24,118 bases of DNA, taken from positions 1 to 24,118 of IMG/VR virus record IMGVR_UViG_3300006749_000124. One strand, written 5' to 3'. Every line of letters begins with the position of its first letter. The stretch's first letter is position 1. The notes beneath the pieces are model-generated. The model worked only from the letters and a program-made list of their open reading frames with translations, ran no database searches and was not told the origin of the DNA. Source of the DNA: a virus (Duplodnaviria > Caudoviricetes). Positions 1-7,846 of this stretch are shown here, one piece after another. The position numbers and the translations under genes are program-made.

Positions 1-72
1 ATTAACGAAAACTTGAACAACGAAGTGTTCATCGAACATCTTTGGTTCTTGATGGGCGGTGCAAATCAATGA
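1..72 (+). CDS. 3' end of a hypothetical protein (partial, runs off the left edge)
   Basis: Frame 1 is open (INENLNNEVFIEHLWFLMGGANQ*). Its TGA (70-72) overlaps the next ATG (69) as ATGA, like many gene junctions here. Confidence 0.6.
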   Translation: MNENLNNEVFIEHLWFLMGGANQ

Positions 73-731
73 ATATCTTTGCTCTTAGCACAGACCCTAC
101 TATTGCTGCTCAAGAAATGTTAGATAAGCATATTGTGAAGATGCCCACGGAAACGTGCCAAATGCTTCACACCAATGTTCTTTACAAGCAATTTATTCAT
201 GAGCATGGAAGAGAACCTAAACTTGCAGAGTTGAAGGATTTTCATTCACGCATCGGCTCGTATTTGATGAAGCCTGCTATGCTCAACCACCCCTCAACCC
301 AATGGGCGAGGGAATCCGAGAACAATTTCACATGGCTTTACTATCATGGACTTGCTCTTTGCAAGGAATATACGTTTCGTTATCAGAATCGTGTGCATCG
401 CACAGAGAAGCGTATTCGTGATATTGAAGAGTATGTGAAAGGTGATTCATCAAAAGCAAGCCCTGTTTGGATTGCGATGGATGACCAATATAGACTAAAT
501 GAAAAAGAATACTCTAACAGAAATCCTAATTGGACAGGTTGGGATTTTGTTATCGCATCTTATCGTCACTATTACCTTGAAGGTAAGTGGGAGTTTGCGA
601 ATTGGAAACCCGTAAGGGGTGAACCAGAATGGTGGCCTAAGCATCACGCCATTCTCAAATATAATGAGAGAACTACTGCTTTTAACAAGAAGTGGAATGC
701 TAATTTTAAATTGAAGGAGATACCAGAATGA
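69..731 (+). CDS. Viral protein of the pyrimidine-dimer DNA glycosylase/endonuclease V-like family
   Basis: MNIFAL..DP...A....DKHIVKM..E..QML, NHPSTQWARES..NF.WL..H..AL..EY..RY and YRHYY...K match the pattern I recall for this phage family. Start moved to ATG 69. Confidence 0.6.
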   Translation: MNIFALSTDPTIAAQEMLDKHIVKMPTETCQMLHTNVLYKQFIHEHGREPKLAELKDFHSRIGSYLMKPAMLNHPSTQWARESENNFTWLYYHGLALCKEYTFRYQNRVHRTEKRIRDIEEYVKGDSSKASPVWIAMDDQYRLNEKEYSNRNPNWTGWDFVIASYRHYYLEGKWEFANWKPVRGEPEWWPKHHAILKYNERTTAFNKKWNANFKLKEIPE

Positions 732-1042
732 CTTATAATTTTGAATGTGATGTATGTAATGGAGAACGTTATAAGGTGGTCCCATCCTCTTGGGATGATG
801 ATGTGCCTATGCGTGTTGAATGTGATGAATGTAGGGTTAATAGCATCTTGCTAACCACTATGTCTTATCAATTGACCAAGTTGCTGACTAATGCCTCCAT
901 TGAGAGCCTAGCAGCGATTATTTCTGTTGCATTTGTTGAGAGGAACTGCAACGATATGGACGTGTTGAACCGTGTTGAGAACATGATTCACACAAAGGAC
1001 CACAAGAACGCACTTAGCGTCATGGGGGCCTATCTATCTTGA
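728..1042 (+). CDS. Hypothetical protein with N-terminal Zn ribbon
   Basis: CDVC...CDEC pair; ATGA overlap with the upstream gene. Confidence 0.65.
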   Translation: MTYNFECDVCNGERYKVVPSSWDDDVPMRVECDECRVNSILLTTMSYQLTKLLTNASIESLAAIISVAFVERNCNDMDVLNRVENMIHTKDHKNALSVMGAYLS

Positions 1043-1048
1043 ATACGG

Positions 1049-1120
1049 GGGCGCGTGGTGTAATGGATAGCATCTTGGCCTTCTAAGCCGAGGATGGGGG
1101 TTCGATTCCCTCCGTGCCTG
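1049..1120 (+). tRNA. tRNA-Arg (anticodon TCT), intronless, CCA not encoded
   Basis: Cloverleaf: acceptor GGGCGCG/CGTGCCT, D arm GTGT-AATGGATA-GCAT, anticodon stem TTGGC/GCCGA with loop CT-TCT-AA (TCT 1082-1084), T arm GGGGG-TTCGATT-CCCTC, discriminator G1120 followed by CCT. Confidence 0.92.
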
Positions 1121-1145
1121 CCTGTATTTGAAAAAGGTGATTAAA

Positions 1146-1325
1146 ATGAATTTTATATTTAGATATTTAAGAAAGAAGATTCTTCAAGATATGGAAGAAC
1201 AAATTAATACTATTATTGATGAAAGGTGGGGGAGCCTTCAAGAATCTTTAGAGGTAATCCAATTAGGATTATCTAAGAATAGACCCCCATCTAAGAATAA
1301 GCCCCCGTGGAGGGAAGTAGAATGA
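1146..1325 (+). CDS. Small hypothetical protein
   Basis: GGTGA ribosome-binding site before ATG 1146; stop overlaps the next ATG. Confidence 0.55.
   Translation: MNFIFRYLRKKILQDMEEQINTIIDERWGSLQESLEVIQLGLSKNRPPSKNKPPWREVE
1271..1306 (+). repeat. Imperfect 18-bp tandem duplication inside the CDS
   Basis: ATCTAAGAATAGACCCCC followed by ATCTAAGAATAAGCCCCC, encoding SKNRPP/SKNKPP. Confidence 0.75.
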
Positions 1326-1576
1326 ACATGATTAAAGATAAAGTAAAGCCTGTTGAATTTCGTAAGGTAATGGATGAGGAACTTCCTCCTATTATTATTA
1401 CGATGAATGAGAATGATGAACCAAAGATGGTGCTAAACATGTATCATCGTATTTGGATTAGTCTGCACCGAAAGACTATCGCAGGAATTATCAATGTCTT
1501 CCCTGAGAAGATTGACGAGATTCTCGATGATTTCCTCTCTGACCAACGAGCAAACGAAAAGATGGATTGGGATTGA
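1322..1576 (+). CDS. Hypothetical protein
   Basis: ATGA-coupled ORF; purine-rich GGAGGG upstream. Confidence 0.65.
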   Translation: MNMIKDKVKPVEFRKVMDEELPPIIITMNENDEPKMVLNMYHRIWISLHRKTIAGIINVFPEKIDEILDDFLSDQRANEKMDWD

Positions 1577-1577
1577 A

Positions 1578-2045
1578 ATGGGATTTAGAAAGAACGATGA
1601 AGAAGCACAAAGGCGTCGTGACCTCCGAGCAAATGAAATTGCTTTGGAGTATGCGAATAAGAAAGGCATTACTCCTACAGTTATGATGGCTAGTGAAATT
1701 CACACCATTGGTATGCCTATTGCTTTTAACTGTTCGACTTGCATGGAAGAAGGTATTGATGCCGTGGATTCACTATTAGGTATTGCTCATCACACTAACC
1801 CAATGAATGATGAAGGTTGGTTTGAGAACCCAATTTTAGATGTTCAATGCCGCCGTGGTCATGTAGGGCACATTAAACTAAATACTATTCTTCATACCGG
1901 CAAATATCCCGTTCACATTAAGTTTTTGAATGGTGGTATTGCTTGGCTTGAAAGCGGTATTGCTATCGGAAACATTGAAGGTCTTAGAGAACAAGGCCGT
2001 TGGCCGTATAGTGATGATGATACAACAATGGGGTTGATGAATTGA
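1578..2045 (+). CDS. Hypothetical protein, possible Zn-binding (CSTC...C..GH)
   Basis: ATG 1 nt after the upstream stop; CxxC and CxxxH pairs. Confidence 0.6.
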   Translation: MGFRKNDEEAQRRRDLRANEIALEYANKKGITPTVMMASEIHTIGMPIAFNCSTCMEEGIDAVDSLLGIAHHTNPMNDEGWFENPILDVQCRRGHVGHIKLNTILHTGKYPVHIKFLNGGIAWLESGIAIGNIEGLREQGRWPYSDDDTTMGLMN

Positions 2046-3271
2046 AATTAAGAAAACTTGGAACAGGTCATTGGGACCGCAAACTTATTCAGCGAATGGT
2101 TGAAAAATCTATTTCTGATGATAATGAAGAAGCGGTTCGTGAATGGCGAGCAACAGGCGATTGTTGGTGGCCTAAGTATTACGACACCAACATTCCAGAT
2201 TGGGTGAGAGAATCCCAAAATGGTCCGGGCTTTTGTTTGTGTGGCCATACGATTTATTACCACTTCGCAATCGAAAACACCCATACAGGTGAAATTGAAT
2301 GTGTTGGTTCTGACCACATTAACGCTTACATGATTGCACGGAACATTTCTGAGGAACTCGACATTCCTATTGAAACTGTTAGCGATATGCAGATTCAAGC
2401 GTGGATTAAGGAGCGTATGAAGAACATGAAGGCAGATGCTTGGTGGACAGAATACGGCGATTGGTTCAATGGTTTGATTGAAGGTCTTCGTGAAGTTGAC
2501 CAATGGCATAACTTTATTGGAACAGGAGAATATTCTTGGGATAGCGAAACTGAACGCAATATTGAAAAGATGAAGCCTCGAAAGAAGGCTTTAGGTGTTA
2601 GGAATACTCATGGTTATCAAATGGCCTCCGTCTTTTGGCGTTGGGATAATCCTGATAATAGTCGCAATCAAATTGGAAGCCGTGGTTATCCAAATGAAAC
2701 ATTGTTAGCAGATATTGTGTTTCTAGATGCGGCACACAGGCCTGCATATCTAAAATGGAAGGAAGCATATGATATACGACGTAATCAACGCATTGAAGAA
2801 GTTAAGGAAATTCGTCGGTTGCGTGAAGAAAGGCACAGACAACGACAAGAGCAACAAAGAGAACGAAACCGGCTCCGTCAGATTGAGCAGAAACGTTTGG
2901 CTGAGATGAGGGAACAAAGTGAAATTCGTCTTGATATTAGTCAGGCATTGGAGATTGATGAGCATATGAATCATCCCAACGTCATTAATATGAAAGAACT
3001 TTATGGTGTAACACATGCTTGTTCTGCCGTTTGTTCCTCAAGAAACTATCTTAGAAGATATCATAGGATTATTTCTATGGTGGTTAGAGGTAGGGACATT
3101 ACAGGGTATATTAGTAATCTTCAAAGCATTTATGGCGCAACCCTCCGCGCTACAGATGAACAGATTACACGAATCATGGAACTAAACGGAGAAATCCGAG
3201 GTCCATGCACCTATAGCGATGCAGACCGACTGATTGCTTCGCTTGAAAGGAGGGAAAATAGTGAGGAATGA
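2042..3271 (+). CDS. Hypothetical protein with N-terminal Cys/His motif and central coiled coil
   Basis: 409-aa ORF with TTG start; CLCGHTI...I.N..TG....VGSDHI putative metal-binding motif; R/E/Q-rich coiled segment. Confidence 0.7.
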   Translation: MKLRKLGTGHWDRKLIQRMVEKSISDDNEEAVREWRATGDCWWPKYYDTNIPDWVRESQNGPGFCLCGHTIYYHFAIENTHTGEIECVGSDHINAYMIARNISEELDIPIETVSDMQIQAWIKERMKNMKADAWWTEYGDWFNGLIEGLREVDQWHNFIGTGEYSWDSETERNIEKMKPRKKALGVRNTHGYQMASVFWRWDNPDNSRNQIGSRGYPNETLLADIVFLDAAHRPAYLKWKEAYDIRRNQRIEEVKEIRRLREERHRQRQEQQRERNRLRQIEQKRLAEMREQSEIRLDISQALEIDEHMNHPNVINMKELYGVTHACSAVCSSRNYLRRYHRIISMVVRGRDITGYISNLQSIYGATLRATDEQITRIMELNGEIRGPCTYSDADRLIASLERRENSEE

Positions 3272-3291
3272 GCAGGGCGGCTCTTTCTCAT
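3261..3291 (+). other. RNA hairpin upstream of the Ubl gene
   Basis: GTGAGGAA(T)GAGC-AGGGCG-GCTC-TTTCTCAT: 12 bp with two G-U pairs and a 1-nt bulge. Confidence 0.5.
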
Positions 3292-3305
3292 CAGTCAAGG
3301 TTCAT

Positions 3306-3581
3306 AAGGGTTGTAGCCTTGGAGACTATGCAACGGAGGTTGTTTATAATGATTAAGTTAAGGATTTTAAATGAAACAGGACATACAGAAGTAATGCTCG
3401 CGTCGGAAGAAATTATTGAACAAATTGATACACACCCTACACATTGGGTTTTTATTGATGGTGAAATGGTTAGCCGCGAACAGATTACTACTCTTGATTG
3501 GAATACAGTCGAGAGTGTGGATTTAACTCCCGCAATTGTGGGAGGTGCATTCTGAAACACTAGTTTCCGGCTGCAACCCTT
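3306..3581 (+). repeat. Long-range inverted repeat enclosing the Ubl ORF
   Basis: AAGGGTTGTAGCC-TT-GGAGACTA (3306-3328) pairs with TAGTTTCC-GGCTGCAACCCTT (3561-3581): 21 bp, two G-U pairs, one 2-nt bulge. Confidence 0.8.
3349..3555 (+). CDS. Ubiquitin-like (beta-grasp; SAMP/ThiS/MoaD-like) protein precursor
   Basis: 68 aa, MIKLRIL...WVFIDGEMV...ESVDLTPAIVGG-AF. The pattern matches the beta-grasp C-terminal strand ending in P.I.GG. GGAGG site at 3335-3339. Confidence 0.75.
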   Translation: MIKLRILNETGHTEVMLASEEIIEQIDTHPTHWVFIDGEMVSREQITTLDWNTVESVDLTPAIVGGAF

Positions 3582-3585
3582 TTTA

Positions 3586-3625
3586 GGGGGAGGAAGACCG
3601 CCCATAGTCTTCTTCCCCCACTTTT
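3586..3625 (+). terminator. Terminator-like hairpin 1
   Basis: GGGGGAGGAAGAC/GTCTTCTTCCCCC 13-bp stem (one G-U), 8-nt loop, then ACTTTT. Confidence 0.55.
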
Positions 3626-3629
3626 ATTC

Positions 3630-3666
3630 GGGAGTGTAACCTTTATGGTTGCGCTCCCCTTTTTTT
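3630..3666 (+). terminator. Terminator-like hairpin 2 with T tract
   Basis: GGGAGTGTAACC/GGTTGCGCTCCC 12-bp stem (two G-U), then C and a run of 7 T. Confidence 0.65.
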
Positions 3667-3676
3667 ATTGAGAATC

Positions 3677-4054
3677 ATGGACTTAAAAAACTTAATTTCA
3701 ATTGGCGGACTAAAACTAATGCTAGAATTAAACGGATGGAGTTTGAATAGTCCTGTTGTGTTTGATGAAGTAGCCGCCTTCAAACCAGACTTTTATCCTG
3801 AAAGCCACGTAATTGCTTCAAGCAAGAAGGGCTACATTTATGCCTCGGGACAGACTCGCGTTGAATACGCGGGGGCTGAATACACAGACGTAAATGAACT
3901 GATTGCTATTCATGGAATTGAAGCAATCAAAAACTTCTCTGAGTGGGTTTTCCACGAAGAAAAGGAATGGGTAATCACCCGCGATGGGTCCGATTTTATC
4001 TATTCCTTTACTACCCTCGACAAACTACCTAAAACAACAAAAGTGAGGTGCTGA
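3677..4054 (+). CDS. Hypothetical protein
   Basis: ORF fills the gap before RNR; start uncertain (3668, 3677 or 3719). Confidence 0.65.
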   Translation: MDLKNLISIGGLKLMLELNGWSLNSPVVFDEVAAFKPDFYPESHVIASSKKGYIYASGQTRVEYAGAEYTDVNELIAIHGIEAIKNFSEWVFHEEKEWVITRDGSDFIYSFTTLDKLPKTTKVRC

Positions 4055-4057
4055 AAC

Positions 4058-5911
4058 ATGAACACAGAAATTTTATCTGATATTACCGTGCATATGAAAT
4101 ACGCAAAATATAATGAGAGTTTAACTCGTCGAGAAACATGGGACGAGATTGTTACTCGAAACAGAAATATGCATATTAAAACTTACCCTGACCTTGCGGG
4201 TGAAATTGAATCTGTATATGAAAAATTTGTGAGGGCAAAGAAAGTTTTGCCGTCTATGCGCTCTATGCAATTTGGAGGGAAACCCATTGAAATTAGTCCA
4301 AACCGTATTTATAATTGTGCTTATATGCCTCTTGACTCCTATCTATCTTTTTCTGAGGCTATGTTCCTTCTTCTCGGTGGAACGGGGGTGGGATATTCCG
4401 TCCAACGACATCATATTGAACAATTACCAGAAATTCGCCATCCCAAAGCCGACCGTAAGCGTCGTCACCTTATTGCTGATTCTATCGAAGGGTGGGCTGA
4501 TGCTGTAAAGGTTCTAATGGAATCTTATATTGGCATTAGAACATCAACTCCTGCATTTGACTATTCAGATATTCGGCCAAAGGGTTCTATTTTGAAAACT
4601 TCTGGTGGAAAAGCACCCGGACCTCAACCTCTTCGTGAATGTCTTGTTAAAGTTGAGGGTATCCTTCAAAACATTCAAGATGGAGAAAAACTTAGTCCTA
4701 TTAATTCTCACGATATTATGTGCCATATTGCTGATGCAGTTCTTAGTGGCGGTATTCGTCGTGCGGCTATGATTAGTCTTTTCTCTGCTGATGATGCTGA
4801 AATGATTGCATGTAAATCTGGCTCTTGGTGGGAGAACAACCCTCAACGTGGACGTGCAAATAATTCTGCCGTTATTCTTCGACACCGTGTAACTAAAGAA
4901 TTCTTTATGGATTTGTGGAAGCGCATTGAAGCAAGTGGTTCTGGTGAACCCGGACTTTATTTCAGTAATGATAAAGATTGGGGAACTAATCCCTGTTGTG
5001 AAATTGCTTTGCGTCCATATCAATTCTGCAATCTTACTGAAGTGAATGCTTCCGATGTTGAAGACCAAACAGACTTAGAATCTAGAGTGAAAGCCGCTGC
5101 TTTCCTTGGAACACTTCAGGCAGGGTATTCAGATTTCCATTATCTTCGTGAAGTCTGGCGCAAAACTACAGAAAAAGACGCTCTTCTTGGAGTATCAATG
5201 ACGGGTATTGCTTCAAACAGGGTTGAACATCTCGACCTCGAAATGGCTGCCTTCGCTGCTAAGTTGGAAAACAGCCGCATTTCTAAATTGATTGGAGTAA
5301 AGGAAGCGGCTCGCGTGACTTGCGTAAAGCCTGCCGGGACAACTTCTCTTGTTCTTGGGACTTCTTCTGGTATTCATGCATGGCATGATGAATATTACAT
5401 TCGACGTATTCGTGTTGGAAAGAACGAAGCCATCTATGGTTATCTTTCTGAACATCATCCTGAATTGGTGGAAGATGAATTCTTTAACCCAACACAACAG
5501 GCAGTAATTTCTGTTCCACAGAAGGCTCCAGAAGGAGCAATTACTCGTAGTGAAAACGTATTTGAACTTCTTGAACGTGTGAAGAACTTCAGCATTCGTT
5601 GGGTGAGAAGTGGACACCGTGAAGGTGCAAATACACATAACGTTTCTGCGACTATTTCGATTAAGCAGGATGAATGGAACGATGTTGGCGAATGGATGTG
5701 GATGAATCGTCACTATTACAATGGTTTGTCCGTATTACCTTATGATGGTGGAACATACACCCAAGCACCATTTGAGACTTGTGATAAGGAAACTTTTGAT
5801 GAATTAACTAAGGCTCTTCGAGGCATTGATTTAACTCAGGTTATTGAGATGACTGACGAAACTAACCTTTCTGGTGAATTGGCTTGTGCCGGTGGAGCCT
5901 GTGAAATTTAG
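4058..5911 (+). CDS. nrdJ: Ribonucleotide reductase, probably class II (adenosylcobalamin-dependent)
   Basis: RETW, IYNC, GGTGVG, GGIRRAAMI, GEPG, GTNPCCEI active site, KPAGTTS, C-terminal redox pair CAGGACEI. No beta-subunit gene in the window. Confidence 0.88.
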   Translation: MNTEILSDITVHMKYAKYNESLTRRETWDEIVTRNRNMHIKTYPDLAGEIESVYEKFVRAKKVLPSMRSMQFGGKPIEISPNRIYNCAYMPLDSYLSFSEAMFLLLGGTGVGYSVQRHHIEQLPEIRHPKADRKRRHLIADSIEGWADAVKVLMESYIGIRTSTPAFDYSDIRPKGSILKTSGGKAPGPQPLRECLVKVEGILQNIQDGEKLSPINSHDIMCHIADAVLSGGIRRAAMISLFSADDAEMIACKSGSWWENNPQRGRANNSAVILRHRVTKEFFMDLWKRIEASGSGEPGLYFSNDKDWGTNPCCEIALRPYQFCNLTEVNASDVEDQTDLESRVKAAAFLGTLQAGYSDFHYLREVWRKTTEKDALLGVSMTGIASNRVEHLDLEMAAFAAKLENSRISKLIGVKEAARVTCVKPAGTTSLVLGTSSGIHAWHDEYYIRRIRVGKNEAIYGYLSEHHPELVEDEFFNPTQQAVISVPQKAPEGAITRSENVFELLERVKNFSIRWVRSGHREGANTHNVSATISIKQDEWNDVGEWMWMNRHYYNGLSVLPYDGGTYTQAPFETCDKETFDELTKALRGIDLTQVIEMTDETNLSGELACAGGACEI

Positions 5912-6233
5912 AAAGAAAGATAGGAAATTGTTTCCTTTACACGTCCTTTGTCTAGCGGCGAATGAATTTAGCAAAGAAGAGTTTGCTGAAATAAAAGATG
6001 CGGTTGAGATTGCTCGTCGCCTCTATGATGACGAAGAAAGAATCAGAAGAGTTTGGGAAAGCCTAACAAAAATTATGTGGAGATACCCCAAGTGTATTGA
6101 TGAAGGATTCCATACATTCTTTAACTCTCGTATTGAACAATATAATGAAGCCATCGAATATCACGATGTTAATTGTAATAGCCAATGTAAATTATGTGTG
6201 GTTTTATCATGTGTAAAAAATCTAGAATTTTAA
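5901..6233 (+). CDS. Hypothetical protein
   Basis: Fills the gap between RNR and the deaminase; GTG start uncertain; C-terminal H..C...C..C..C cluster. Confidence 0.5.
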   Translation: MKFRKKDRKLFPLHVLCLAANEFSKEEFAEIKDAVEIARRLYDDEERIRRVWESLTKIMWRYPKCIDEGFHTFFNSRIEQYNEAIEYHDVNCNSQCKLCVVLSCVKNLEF

Positions 6234-6529
6234 ATGTTGCTCGTAATAAGGCAAAGGAATGTGACTACTTTTATCGCCTTGGTGCGGTAATTGTCCGTGG
6301 TGGAAAGATTCTTTCTATCGCAAGCAATACCCGTAAAGGACACGCTGAAGTGAACGCTATTAAACAGGCAAGTAAAACTGAAGGCGCAGACATTTACGTT
6401 ACTCGCCATACGCCAACAGGAATGGCTATGGCGAAACCATGCGGTAATTGCATGGAAGCGATTAAAGCGGCGGGCATCCGTCGTATTTATTACACTAGCC
6501 GTGATGGGCTACATAAGGTGATACTATGA
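6209..6529 (+). CDS. Zn-dependent cytidine/dCMP deaminase-family protein
   Basis: LGAVIV, HAE.NAI and PCGNC motifs; lies near RNR. Confidence 0.85.
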   Translation: MCKKSRILNVARNKAKECDYFYRLGAVIVRGGKILSIASNTRKGHAEVNAIKQASKTEGADIYVTRHTPTGMAMAKPCGNCMEAIKAAGIRRIYYTSRDGLHKVIL

Positions 6530-6693
6530 AAGAACATGACCCTGAATATACAGAAAATACCCGTGGGTATAAAAAAAGAACGGCTACACGATGCCGAATC
6601 TGTGGTGGACAACTTCTACACCCTGAAGATTTTAAAAGAGAAATGCACGAAGATTGTGCGAAGAAAGAAGATAAAACAATTTACATGATGTGA
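6526..6693 (+). CDS. 55-aa Zn-finger protein (not in the ORF track)
   Basis: MKEHDPEY...RCRICGGQLLHPEDFKREMHEDC...; CxxC...HxxC; AAGGTGA site and ATGA overlap. Confidence 0.7.
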   Translation: MKEHDPEYTENTRGYKKRTATRCRICGGQLLHPEDFKREMHEDCAKKEDKTIYMM

Positions 6694-6697
6694 TAAT

Positions 6698-7846
6698 ATG
6701 GAAAAGCAATGTATTTCATTTTATATTTACAAGCCTAACGATTCAGGGCAGTATTATACCGCTAGAATTTATTTTGATGGGACTGACACAGACAGATATG
6801 TTATTGGAACAAATAGTCTTAACATTTACGCAGACCGTAAGAATACACAGAACCCCCTGCATTTTTCAATCACAAAGAAGATGAAGGAAATGGTCACAGC
6901 AATTGGTAAGCATTTCAATGGAAGTGCAAAATCATTTAAGTTTGGTTCTCTTCCAATTGTTCTATCTAAGGAGGAGACTAAGTATCAAATTAATGGTCAA
7001 ACTAAGTCCCTTGCTGAGATTTCAGATATCCTTGCTCGTGTTCTGTATAAGAGTATCTTTGAAGAAGACCCTGTTAAACTCATGCAATATTTCATGAGTC
7101 GTCTTGATATGCCTGAAGCGGTGTCTTATGTTATTGAAAACCGCTTACCTTATTTCTTCTTTGAGAACTTTAGAAAGATTGAGGTTCGCTTGAATGTGAT
7201 GCAGATTGATGATGATTCTTGTGCAATCGAGATTGCTGATGGTATTTGGGGTGAAATTAGTTTCAGGGATTTAACTACTTATTATAACTACTATGTTCTA
7301 GGAAAGAAGCGTGGTTCTTGGAAGAACCTTTCACCTCAGAGTCTTTATGAGCGTCTAATGGGACACCGACCAAAAGATTCAGATGTTAAGGTGATGATTG
7401 AGTTTTTGAAGCAGAACCGACAACAAGATATTGTTGAAAAGCGTGCAATTGAATTAATGCACGACCTTGTGAAGCAATACCCTGAAAAGATTAAACTAAC
7501 ATATGATACGGACGGAAGGGCAGTAATGTATGTTCGTGGTCGTGGTTATGATTGGAAGTTATCAGAAAGCACATATAAGTCTGAAATTCAGAACGTTAGC
7601 ACATATGTCTGGCAACCGAGCCATACCACATATGATGACGAAGGAAATGCTATTAAGCAGAAACCTACATGGCGTGGTCCTATTTGCATTGATAATATGG
7701 CGCGAGGTTCTTCAACAGGCGACCAATTCGCGGCTAGGGCTTTGGCTCTTCTTAACGATACTTTAACAGTAACAATCGTTAGCACAATTCAACGATACCT
7801 AATTGCAAAACAAAATGAATATAGAGTTGATTTTAATGCGGTGTGA
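6698..7846 (+). CDS. Hypothetical protein; C-terminal domain is a candidate divergent E2 (Ubl-conjugating) domain
   Basis: The ORF is secure (382 aa); the E2 call is inferred. EKRAIELMHDL resembles E2 helix 1 and GPICID (Cys330) resembles GxICLD. No HPN motif. Confidence 0.45.
   Translation: MEKQCISFYIYKPNDSGQYYTARIYFDGTDTDRYVIGTNSLNIYADRKNTQNPLHFSITKKMKEMVTAIGKHFNGSAKSFKFGSLPIVLSKEETKYQINGQTKSLAEISDILARVLYKSIFEEDPVKLMQYFMSRLDMPEAVSYVIENRLPYFFFENFRKIEVRLNVMQIDDDSCAIEIADGIWGEISFRDLTTYYNYYVLGKKRGSWKNLSPQSLYERLMGHRPKDSDVKVMIEFLKQNRQQDIVEKRAIELMHDLVKQYPEKIKLTYDTDGRAVMYVRGRGYDWKLSESTYKSEIQNVSTYVWQPSHTTYDDEGNAIKQKPTWRGPICIDNMARGSSTGDQFAARALALLNDTLTVTIVSTIQRYLIAKQNEYRVDFNAV

Noticed and set aside
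1271-1306. 18-bp repeat as a CRISPR or iteron array
   Set aside because: Only two adjacent in-frame copies and no spacers.
3268-3348. N-terminal 27-aa extension of the Ubl predicted by the ORF track
   Set aside because: This stretch is occupied by RNA stems, and a GGAGG site favours ATG 3349; a longer isoform is not strictly excluded.
3306-3581. Inverted repeats around the Ubl as MITE/IS ends
   Set aside because: No target-site duplication or transposase was seen, and the G-U-only mismatches fit an RNA stem better.
5880-5911. GG near the RNR C-terminus (CAGGACEI) as a second Ubl-type motif
   Set aside because: This is the normal RNR C-terminal redox cysteine tail.
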